Assembly: GCA_964510635.1 (NCBI GenBank)
Contig: CAZEBS010000008.1
Coordinates: 30,331 to 94,330 of the forward strand
Reading direction: 5' to 3'
Length of the DNA stretch: 64,000 nt
Source: an uncultured Candidatus Bathyarchaeia archaeon
GTDB lineage: Archaea > Thermoproteota > Bathyarchaeia > Bathyarchaeales > Bathyarchaeaceae
In this document: positions 57,098 through 64,000 of the stretch, piece after piece
Layout of the letters: every line of letters starts with the position of its first letter
Numbering within the stretch: the stretch's first letter is position 1
Notes under the pieces: model-generated
What the model was told of the DNA's origin: nothing
The model's input: the letters and a program-made list of their open reading frames with translations, nothing else
The model's database searches: none
Program-made: the position numbers and the translations under genes

Positions 57098-58862
57098 GGT
57101 TAAATTCTCCTCCCAGCTTTTCCACGCGCCCCTGAACCCTGTCCGCCAACCAAGGAATCGCCCTGAAAACACCCTTCACAAACTCCCCCTCATATTCTAT
57201 GTTCTGGACGTGGGCACGCTCAAACAGCTGCGAAACCAATGCCATGGATTCATTACTGATTTTCACGGAAAACGATGCCTCCACAAAACTTTCGAGGTAT
57301 CTTACAATCTGTTGCTTCAACACATCTATGTTGGTTCCATGTAATGCTGAAATTTGAACAGGATTTGGTGCATGCTCCTTCAGTAACTCGGTTTTGCGTT
57401 GTAGTTCGTCTTTTTCGAGCATGTCGATTTTGTTGAGTACCGTTACTATGGGTATTCCTGTTGCTCCAATCTGTTCGATGGTGTCCAGGCTGCAAGAGAG
57501 CTTCCGTTCAATGTCCTCGTCTGGTTCATTCATGTCAACAACCAAAATAATTACGTCTGAAAGGATGGTTTCTTCAAGGGTGGAGTGGAAGGCTTTGACC
57601 AACTTTAGGGGCAGACGGTCAATGAAGCCAACAGTGTCAGTCAACAAAACCTTTCTTTTATTAAACTCCACAGCCCGGGTTGTCGTGGAAAGAGTGGTAA
57701 AGACTGCATCGTCAACAGGAACCGTTTCTTCAGTAAGCAAATTAAACAGTGAACTTTTACCCGCGTTAGTGTAACCCGCCAAAGAAACCGAAACAAAACC
57801 CAGAACATCCCTTCGGGTCCGATGCAGCTGCCTTTCCTCACGCTTCTTTTTCAGTTTTCCTTCGATGGCAGTGATTCGTCGCTTCACAGCCTCAAAATAA
57901 ACATCAACTTCATACTTGCCTAACCCCATAAAGCCGGGCTGTTCCTCCATCCTAGCCAGCTTCACACGCTCCTTTGCCCTAGACAACTCATACCTGAGGC
58001 TAGCTAACTGAATCTGAAGCTCTGCCTCGTATGTTGAGGCTCGCTTGGAAAAGATTTCAAGTATGAGCTGGAAGCGGTCGATAGCCATTACTCCTGTGGC
58101 TTTAGCCAGATTGTAGGCTTGAAACGGCGTCAGCGTGTTGTCGAAAATAACCTTCTCGGAGCCAGTTTCTTTCACCAAATCGGCTAGTTCCCTTACTTTT
58201 CCTCGTCCAATCTGGTACCTAGGATCCCGTTTTCTGATTTGCTCAATGGAACCTACCGCAGTGTATCCTGCTGCCGCGGTGAGGCTCCTGAGTTCATCTA
58301 GGCTTGAAGGCTCTGACGATAGCCGCCGCTGGACGATGATTGCCTTCGTTACTTCTTTGCCTCCCTTGTCCCTCACCTTAAACTGAATAAGGTCTCCTAA
58401 GGTTGTTCCACGGGGTTTAGATGACAAAGCAGGCTGAACTTTAGGCTCCTGAGCAGGCACACGAAGCTTAATCTTCAGTGCATGCTCCAGCTTTTCTGCA
58501 AGAGCCAGATCAGGAATCATTTTGCCGCTTTCAATCTTGCGTATAACCGAAACTTTCTCCCGAATCTTTCTACCCAAGTCCTCATGGCTCATTTCCAACT
58601 CTCGTCTAGCCTTTCTCACTCGTTGACCAAGGTCGCTTGCAAGCTCTAAGCTTTCAGTCACTGTAGGCATCTGCTGTCTCTTCGAGTAAGAAATTGGTGT
58701 TGCCTGACGTTTTGTTACCCTTCTTGTGCGGGGCTGAGGTTTGGGTTCCCAGTAACCAGAACTTAACTTTCCACATTTCGAGCAGACAGTCATCTTGGCT
58801 CCTTCAATTATCGCCCTGACTGGGGTGCCAAATATTTGACGACCACATACTTCACATTGCAT
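57087..58862 (-). CDS. hflX: fusion protein: aMBF1 (zinc ribbon plus XRE-type HTH) N-terminus joined to HflX GTPase
   Basis: Residues 1 to about 150 are MQCEVCGRQIFG...VCSKCG plus the HTH MSHEDLGRKIREKVSVIRKIESGKMIPDLALAEKLEHAL. The rest is the HflX N-domain (IGRGKVRELADLV, AELQIQLASLRYEL) and the G domain (GYTNAGKSSLFN, DTVGFI, NKID). Confidence 0.85.
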   Translation of the reverse strand: MQCEVCGRQIFGTPVRAIIEGAKMTVCSKCGKLSSGYWEPKPQPRTRRVTKRQATPISYSKRQQMPTVTESLELASDLGQRVRKARRELEMSHEDLGRKIREKVSVIRKIESGKMIPDLALAEKLEHALKIKLRVPAQEPKVQPALSSKPRGTTLGDLIQFKVRDKGGKEVTKAIIVQRRLSSEPSSLDELRSLTAAAGYTAVGSIEQIRKRDPRYQIGRGKVRELADLVKETGSEKVIFDNTLTPFQAYNLAKATGVMAIDRFQLILEIFSKRASTYEAELQIQLASLRYELSRAKERVKLARMEEQPGFMGLGKYEVDVYFEAVKRRITAIEGKLKKKREERQLHRTRRDVLGFVSVSLAGYTNAGKSSLFNLLTEETVPVDDAVFTTLSTTTRAVEFNKRKVLLTDTVGFIDRLPLKLVKAFHSTLEETILSDVIILVVDMNEPDEDIERKLSCSLDTIEQIGATGIPIVTVLNKIDMLEKDELQRKTELLKEHAPNPVQISALHGTNIDVLKQQIVRYLESFVEASFSVKISNESMALVSQLFERAHVQNIEYEGEFVKGVFRAIPWLADRVQGRVEKLGGEFNREA

Positions 58863-59048
58863 GAGAAGTCATCTCCTGAACTATTTCATCACAAGTCGCT
58901 TCTTTATACTTGTCGATTTTATATAACTTGACCGTTAAGAAGCCCCCCAAACCCCCTTAGAAGCAATAGAGAGCTCTTCGTTTTGACAAAAAAGCCGCAA
59001 ATTATTTAGGGGAACGAGAACTATCATATATTGTGGAGAGATGTTTTA

Positions 59049-59288
59049 ATGCCTATGGCTTTTGTGTTGATAAATACTGAGATAGGGTCGGAAAACGAAG
59101 TTTTGAATGAGTTGAAGAAGATCGATGCAGTTAAGGAAGCTTACATGGTTTACGGTGTCTACGATGTCGTAGCAAAAGTCGGAGCAGACACTATGGACAA
59201 ACTCAAAGAGATCGTCACATGGAATGTGAGAAGGCTGGACAAAGTTCGGTCAACCCTCACAATGATAGTAATCGAGGGGCAAAAGTAG
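59049..59288 (+). CDS. stand-alone Lrp/AsnC ligand-binding (RAM) domain protein
   Basis: MPMAFVLINTEIGSENEVLNELKKIDAVKEAYMVYGVYDVVAKV is the typical AsnC_trans_reg fold pattern. The ATG at 59049 is preferred over the track start at 59031. Confidence 0.7.
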   Translation: MPMAFVLINTEIGSENEVLNELKKIDAVKEAYMVYGVYDVVAKVGADTMDKLKEIVTWNVRRLDKVRSTLTMIVIEGQK

Positions 59289-59398
59289 CCTCCACCTCCC
59301 CCTTTTATGTCCGCCTTCTTTAATCCGAAAGAAACAACTGTCACATCAAAGTACTTATCCGCCTAACAATCTAACTACAGGCATGAGCGGAAGCCAAA

Positions 59399-60724
59399 AT
59401 GGTTAAGCTGCACATAGGATTCGACGATACTGATTCACCAAACGGAGGATGCACCACCCACATAGCCGCCCTCCTCGTCGAAAAATTATGCAACATGAAT
59501 GTCTTCTTCACAGATTACCCCAACCTAGTCAGGCTTAACCCAAATGTTCCATGGAAAACCCGAGGCAACGGAGCCCTCTGCCTCCGAATAGAATGCCATG
59601 AAGACACCGTAGACGCCATCAAGGAAACAGTCCTAGATACAGTCGAAGCAAACTCTGACCTAGGTTACAGCGGAACCGACCCCGGCGTTGTCTTCCTTTT
59701 AGGGGATGTTCCCAAGCAAGTCAGGGAATTCGCCAAAGAAGCTGAGCAGCGGATAATGAAAATTGATGATGCCTTGAGCCTTGTTAAGGGAGTTGGCGCT
59801 GAGGCTGTGGGATTCAAGAAGAGGAGAGGGCTCATCGGAGGCTTAGCCGCAATCGGCGAGGAAATGAAGGGAGACCACACCTTCGAAATCATAAGTTACA
59901 GGATGGCAGAAAATCGTGGCAAACCGCGCCGCGTAAACCCTCAATCCGTCAAAGCTATGGACACAAAATCTAATGATACATTCAATAACGTAGACCCTGA
60001 AACGGGGAGAATCCTGATTACACCCAGAGGACCTGACCCCATCCTTTGCGGAATCAGAGGCGAAACCCCTGAGGCAGTTAAACATGCGTATAATTTGGTT
60101 CTCAAGGAGGAACCTGTTGAAAGATGGATGATTTTCCGAACAAATCAAGGAACGGATGCTCACCTACGGCGCGTCAGTGCAGTTAAGGATGTACAGCCCT
60201 ACAACCCCGTCGTTGCCGAGGGGCAGATATCCAAGGAACCACGGGTAATCCAAGGTGGCCACGTCATCTTTTCCATCAAAGATGATACCGGAGAGGTGGC
60301 TTGTGCTGTCTATGCGCCCACAGGAGATCTCTGTAAAACAGCAAGAAAACTTGTGGTAGGAGATATGGTGAAGGTCTTCGGAGGTGTCCGTTCCCCTTCT
60401 TCAAAACTTCAGTTGACTATCAATGTGGAGAAGCTGATGATCCAAAAGTTGGTTCCCCGAACAACGGTTGTTAATCCTGTTTGTCCTGAATGCGGGAAAA
60501 GAATGAAGTCTATGGGAAAGAATCAGGGTTTCAGGTGCGACAAGTGCGGCTTCCGTTCCTCTCAGCTACAGAAGCTGGAAGTCAAGGAAGAGCGTGGAGT
60601 TGATGTGGGACTTTACATTACGTCGCCAAGGTCTCAGAGGCATCTGACCAAGCCCCATTGCCGATACGGAAAAGAAAAAACTGGTGCCCCCCAAGAGCTG
60701 ATAGCCGGCTGGCATTCTCCTTGA
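59399..60724 (+). CDS. tiaS: tRNA(Ile2) 2-agmatinylcytidine synthetase TiaS
   Basis: It has the N-terminal motif IGFDDTDSPNGGCTTH, an OB-fold region, and the C-terminal zinc ribbon CPECGKRM...CDKCG. Confidence 0.85.
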   Translation: MVKLHIGFDDTDSPNGGCTTHIAALLVEKLCNMNVFFTDYPNLVRLNPNVPWKTRGNGALCLRIECHEDTVDAIKETVLDTVEANSDLGYSGTDPGVVFLLGDVPKQVREFAKEAEQRIMKIDDALSLVKGVGAEAVGFKKRRGLIGGLAAIGEEMKGDHTFEIISYRMAENRGKPRRVNPQSVKAMDTKSNDTFNNVDPETGRILITPRGPDPILCGIRGETPEAVKHAYNLVLKEEPVERWMIFRTNQGTDAHLRRVSAVKDVQPYNPVVAEGQISKEPRVIQGGHVIFSIKDDTGEVACAVYAPTGDLCKTARKLVVGDMVKVFGGVRSPSSKLQLTINVEKLMIQKLVPRTTVVNPVCPECGKRMKSMGKNQGFRCDKCGFRSSQLQKLEVKEERGVDVGLYITSPRSQRHLTKPHCRYGKEKTGAPQELIAGWHSP

Positions 60725-60835
60725 AAACCTGAATAAAGTCTAGGGTAGGGCTAGTGACTTTTTGAAGCTTAACGGTTTTTTGACAGTAAACTTAAATGCG
60801 TCTGCAGAAAACTTACGAAGGAAAAAGGGAAACTC

Positions 60836-62266
60836 ATGAAGTTTTCGTTCATAAATCCGGGTCCAAATCCTGAGTTGCCTATCGAAGATGTTAAGAAGAT
60901 GGTGGGAGCAGCCCCTCCCCTAGGCATGCTCTACATAGCAACCTACCTACGAGAAAACGGCGTAGACGTTTCCATAATAGACGAGGCGCCTCAGGGCTAC
61001 TCCGTAAAAGGCACAGTGGATTGGGTGAAGAAGGAGAACCCGGACATCATAGGTTTCTCCACATGTAGCAGCTCCTGCCACAAGGCAGTGCTCCTAGCAG
61101 AAAACATCAAAAAAGAGAACCCCAACATCGTTACAGTTTTCGGCAACTTTTTTGCAACCTTCAATGCTGAACGAATTCTAACAAAGTATCCCTTTGTGGA
61201 CTTTATTGTTCGGGGAGAAGGAGAACACACCAGCCTTGAGTTGGCAAAGTGTCTAGAAAAGAACGGTGATTTGAAGAAAGTTTTGGGAATTAACTTCAGA
61301 AACAATGGTCAGATAGTTTCGACTCCTGACAGACCCTTAATCAAGGATGTTGACTCGTTGCCCTTTCCAGACAGGGAAATGCTGCCCGTCGAATACCATA
61401 ACACCACAGCTGGAATAGTTGTTGCACCAAAAAAATTCAGCGGCTTCGTCTCCTCAAGAGGCTGCCCTTTTCAATGCCGCTTCTGTGGATGCCGAAGATT
61501 AGCCCGAAACCTCTGGCGCTCCAGGTCAGTGGAGAACATAATGGAGGAGCTGCATCTTCTGTCCAGTCAAGGCTACAAACAGTTCCTTTTTGTTGACGAC
61601 AACTTCACCTTGAACCCCAAAAGAGTCATCAAACTGTGCCAGAGGCTGAAGAAGGAGAAGGTTGACATCGAATTTTTTGCTGAAGGCAGAGTTGACAATT
61701 TCTCCAGAGAGATGGTGCAGGCGCTGGTGAGGGGTAACTGCAAAATGATTTACTTTGGAATCGAAAATGCCACCCAGCGGATTCTGGATTACTATGATAA
61801 GCGGACAACCCCAAGGCAGGCGGAGGAGGCGACAGCAAAAGCTCGGAAGGCTGGAATAGACGTGATAGTTGCGTCCTTTATTTTGGGGGCTCCTAACGAA
61901 ACAAGAAAAGAGATTCAGCATACCCTAGATTTTGCACGGAAGATTCAGGTGGACATTCCCCAATTCAACATTTTAGCCACTTTTCCTGGAACCGACATCT
62001 GGGAAGAACTCAAGATGCAGGGCATCGTGGATGAGAAAAAGCACTGGGAGACAGGAGTTATGGTTTCTGAGGTTTCGCCTGATGCTGTGCCCCGCCAAGA
62101 GATTGAACAGATGATCCATGCTGCATATCAGCGATTTTTTGTTCGCCCAGACTATATTGTGAAAGAGTTAATTAAAATTGGCACAAGCTCCTATCGGCTC
62201 AATGTCTTACTTAGTAATCTGAAGAGAGCTGACGCCGTCGTCGAGGGCGTGAAAACAGTCACATAA
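60836..62266 (+). CDS. B12-binding-domain radical-SAM protein (class B), paralogue of 19104..20537
   Basis: It shares the MKFSFINP start, DIIGFS, NAERIL.KYPFVD..VRGEGE, the radical-SAM motif CPFQCRFC, and colinear similarity along the whole length. Confidence 0.8.
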   Translation: MKFSFINPGPNPELPIEDVKKMVGAAPPLGMLYIATYLRENGVDVSIIDEAPQGYSVKGTVDWVKKENPDIIGFSTCSSSCHKAVLLAENIKKENPNIVTVFGNFFATFNAERILTKYPFVDFIVRGEGEHTSLELAKCLEKNGDLKKVLGINFRNNGQIVSTPDRPLIKDVDSLPFPDREMLPVEYHNTTAGIVVAPKKFSGFVSSRGCPFQCRFCGCRRLARNLWRSRSVENIMEELHLLSSQGYKQFLFVDDNFTLNPKRVIKLCQRLKKEKVDIEFFAEGRVDNFSREMVQALVRGNCKMIYFGIENATQRILDYYDKRTTPRQAEEATAKARKAGIDVIVASFILGAPNETRKEIQHTLDFARKIQVDIPQFNILATFPGTDIWEELKMQGIVDEKKHWETGVMVSEVSPDAVPRQEIEQMIHAAYQRFFVRPDYIVKELIKIGTSSYRLNVLLSNLKRADAVVEGVKTVT

Positions 62267-62324
62267 ACTTCGTACAACCAGTTACAACAAAAAAACGAAT
62301 AGCTTACATAAACAAACCAACAGA

Positions 62325-62444
62325 TGGTGCGGGGGACGGGATTCGAACCCGTGGAGGCCTGCGCCAGAGGATCTTAAGTCCTCCCCCTTCTCCTAGGGGA
62401 TCTGATATTGACCCGCTATTTAGACCTGGCTCGGGTACCCCCGC
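62325..62444 (-). tRNA. tRNA-Leu (anticodon TAA) with an insertion (intron) of about 32 nt in the D-loop region, CCA encoded
   Basis: The reverse complement (120 nt) is gcgggggta ccc gagccaggtctaa [atagcgggtcaatatcagatcccctaggagaa] ggg g gagga cTTAAga tcctc tggcgcaggcctcc acggg ttcgaat cccgt cccccgc a cca. The anticodon loop is intact, and the extra sequence lies 5' of the anticodon stem. Confidence 0.75.
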
Positions 62445-62557
62445 CATCCTTCAATATTCACAGGCACCTTCGACATAAATGTTACCTGACCATCCCCTCC
62501 TTTTGGCGTTAGGGTTATAACAGTCAACATGCAAGAAATGTTTTGGCGGAAAAATCT

Positions 62558-62702
62558 GGGCGGGTATAGAATGCTGCTGTAGCGTTCTACCGAAGCCTAG
62601 CTTGGACAGGGCACGAACAGCACAAAATGCTGGTGTATGCCTCCTAACAGGGAACTGGGAGTGAGCTCGGGGTCACGGGTTCGAGTCCCGTCCCGCCCGC
62701 CA
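62558..62702 (+). tRNA. tRNA-Arg (anticodon CCT) with three introns (62567-62594, 62617-62638, 62647-62663), CCA encoded
   Basis: The acceptor gggcggg (62558-64) pairs with cccgccc (62692-98), and the T-arm is acggg-ttcgagt-cccgt. Removing the three segments yields a 75-nt cloverleaf: gggcggg ta gcct agcttggaca gggc a cgagc ctCCTaa gctcg gggtc acggg ttcgagt cccgt cccgccc g. Each intron can be drawn as helix / 3-nt bulge / 4-bp helix / 3-nt bulge / helix, with both cuts after the second bulge base. Confidence 0.75.
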
Positions 62703-62767
62703 CCACAAAACGCAATATTCTGTGGGAAAAAAGTGTCAGTAAACTTGTTGCCTGAAAAAAGTTGGGT

Positions 62768-63265
62768 TTATTTTAGTTTAATGCTTAGCCAGCCTCTTCC
62801 GCCTCTTTTCTGTTGCTGACTCTTCTTTGGAGTCTTTTTGGGCGGAACATATCGGCTAGCTCTGGTTGCGGTTTTCTGGTTGCGTATGTTAGTCCGGATG
62901 AATTTGCCCCATCCGCCTATGGTCGAATTCGGAGGAATGACCTTTTCTGTGTCAAGCTCAAGGTACTCTTTCACGATGTCAAAGAATTCGAGGGGTTTGA
63001 AGTCTCTTGTTGCCATAATCACTGTTCCTTGTTCGACAAACAGTTTTGAATAGTCGTGTTTGGCTATGCCCTCTGCTCTCACTTTGTCTTCTACCCTATT
63101 TCGCCAAAGGTTTTTCCAGTCGGTTCTTAATTCGTCAACGAATTCTTTCATGTTGGTTGTTGCCAGTTTTTGTTCCTCCTTGCACCTGCAGAGCCAGCTT
63201 CTTTGGGCTTCTTTTTGGTGCGCGGTTTCTTTGCTGCTCTTTATTTTTCGGTTATATAAAGACAT
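62768..63265 (-). CDS. hypothetical basic protein
   Basis: A 165-aa ORF with a Lys/Arg-rich C-terminus. The internal ATG at 63151 (MKEFVDELRTDW) is an alternative start. Confidence 0.4.
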   Translation of the reverse strand: MSLYNRKIKSSKETAHQKEAQRSWLCRCKEEQKLATTNMKEFVDELRTDWKNLWRNRVEDKVRAEGIAKHDYSKLFVEQGTVIMATRDFKPLEFFDIVKEYLELDTEKVIPPNSTIGGWGKFIRTNIRNQKTATRASRYVPPKKTPKKSQQQKRGGRGWLSIKLK

Positions 63266-63428
63266 AAGAAAAGAACTTCCATACTTCTTTTCTGTAATTT
63301 TGTTATAGAACTAAACTCTAGAAAACATGCGTGATTGTTCTGTAATGGCTTGAAGAATAATATGAACAACAGATTCACAACATATTTATGCATTATAGCA
63401 ACAACTTCACACCTCCAGAGGAAAACAT

Positions 63429-63659
63429 ATGTCAACCATCGATGACATCATAATGCTGCTCAAAGACGGCAAATGGCACAACATACAAGAAGTCACAGAA
63501 ACTGTTGCATTGCCCAAATCTAAGGCAGATATGGTCATAAGCTTTCTAGAGGAATACGATTTCATCCAACACGAAGAAGGCACCAAAAAGATAAAGCTTC
63601 AAGCCTCAATGCTTGAATTCATTGAAGGAATTCAACGCCTTGAAAAAACGGGAATTTAA
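63429..63659 (+). CDS. small hypothetical protein, possibly winged-helix
   Basis: A 76-aa ORF whose pattern (LLKDGKWHNIQEVTETVALPKSKADMVISFLEEYDFI) resembles a wHTH. Confidence 0.35.
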   Translation: MSTIDDIIMLLKDGKWHNIQEVTETVALPKSKADMVISFLEEYDFIQHEEGTKKIKLQASMLEFIEGIQRLEKTGI

Positions 63660-63766
63660 GCACTCAGGCAGTTAAAGGTCGTAACCCTTTTCCAAACAGA
63701 TTTTGGGCGAAACCCCAAAAACATCTTAACCTAAGTTCAGCTGATAATAGGAACGGAGCAGCCACC

Positions 63767-64000
63767 ATGACATCCGATTCACTGAAACTGTTCGCCAAAC
63801 TGTTCATCATAATCATAGCTATTTTCATGATTTCCTTCTATCTCGTCATAGTCTTTCTGGAGCCAGCAGTGTTCTACTTCACGCCCGATGGAGCAAACGC
63901 CACCACAACCAACTTTTCAAACCCTCTGACAGTGTGGATCCTAAACATGCCAGTACACGTTTACACAGGACTTAACCTAGGCGCAATCTTCCTTGGGCTT
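63767..64000 (+). CDS. hypothetical membrane protein, N-terminal part (runs off the window)
   Basis: Manual translation gives MTSDSLKLFAKLFIIIIAIFMISFYLVIVFLEPAVFYFTPDGANATTTNFSNPL..., which stays open to the end of the window. Confidence 0.4.
   Translation, partial: MTSDSLKLFAKLFIIIIAIFMISFYLVIVFLEPAVFYFTPDGANATTTNFSNPLTVWILNMPVHVYTGLNLGAIFLGL

Overview
The window is an archaeal chromosomal segment. Archaeal hallmarks include TFB, TFE-alpha, TiaS, aTrm56, an aMBF1 module, an EndoQ-like PHP nuclease, CDC48, SAMP/MoaD, NrpR and PEF-CTERM sorting signals. There are five tRNA genes, two of them interrupted by bulge-helix-bulge (BHB) introns. Multi-intron tRNAs suggest a TACK/Thermoproteota-type or Bathyarchaeia-like lineage, but that is only an inference. 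Most of the window is densely packed housekeeping: MetRS, GuaA, RpiA, citrate synthase, MtaB-type methylthiotransferase, TldD/PmbA and an ABC-2 exporter.

Accessory or unusual parts:
- 1-1.5 kb: a decayed ATPase locus that resembles a defence pair.
- 21.6-26.4 kb and 36-40 kb: surface-protein regions (beta-helix and PEF-CTERM proteins) peppered with a recurring intergenic motif.
- 47.7-49.5 kb: a three-gene HNH/DUF3795/unknown island flanked by 32-bp direct repeats.
- 49.6-51.8 kb: a tandem gene duplication ending at a tRNA pair.

The most notable findings:
- A tRNA-Arg(CCT) gene split by three introns, each with its own BHB motif.
- A tRNA-Leu(TAA) gene with a non-canonical intron in the D-loop.
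- A single ORF fusing aMBF1 (zinc ribbon plus HTH) to the ribosome GTPase HflX.
- A COG1533-type radical-SAM 'DNA repair photolyase' fused to a PolX-like helix-hairpin-helix module, next to a HEAT-repeat alkylation-repair-like gene.
- A HAD-like domain with degenerate catalytic motifs fused to a polyprenol-kinase/CTP-transferase membrane domain.
- Two paralogous B12-binding radical-SAM enzymes.

No CRISPR array, rRNA, integrase or transposase was seen. All product calls come from motif and family recognition by eye, since no searches could be run.
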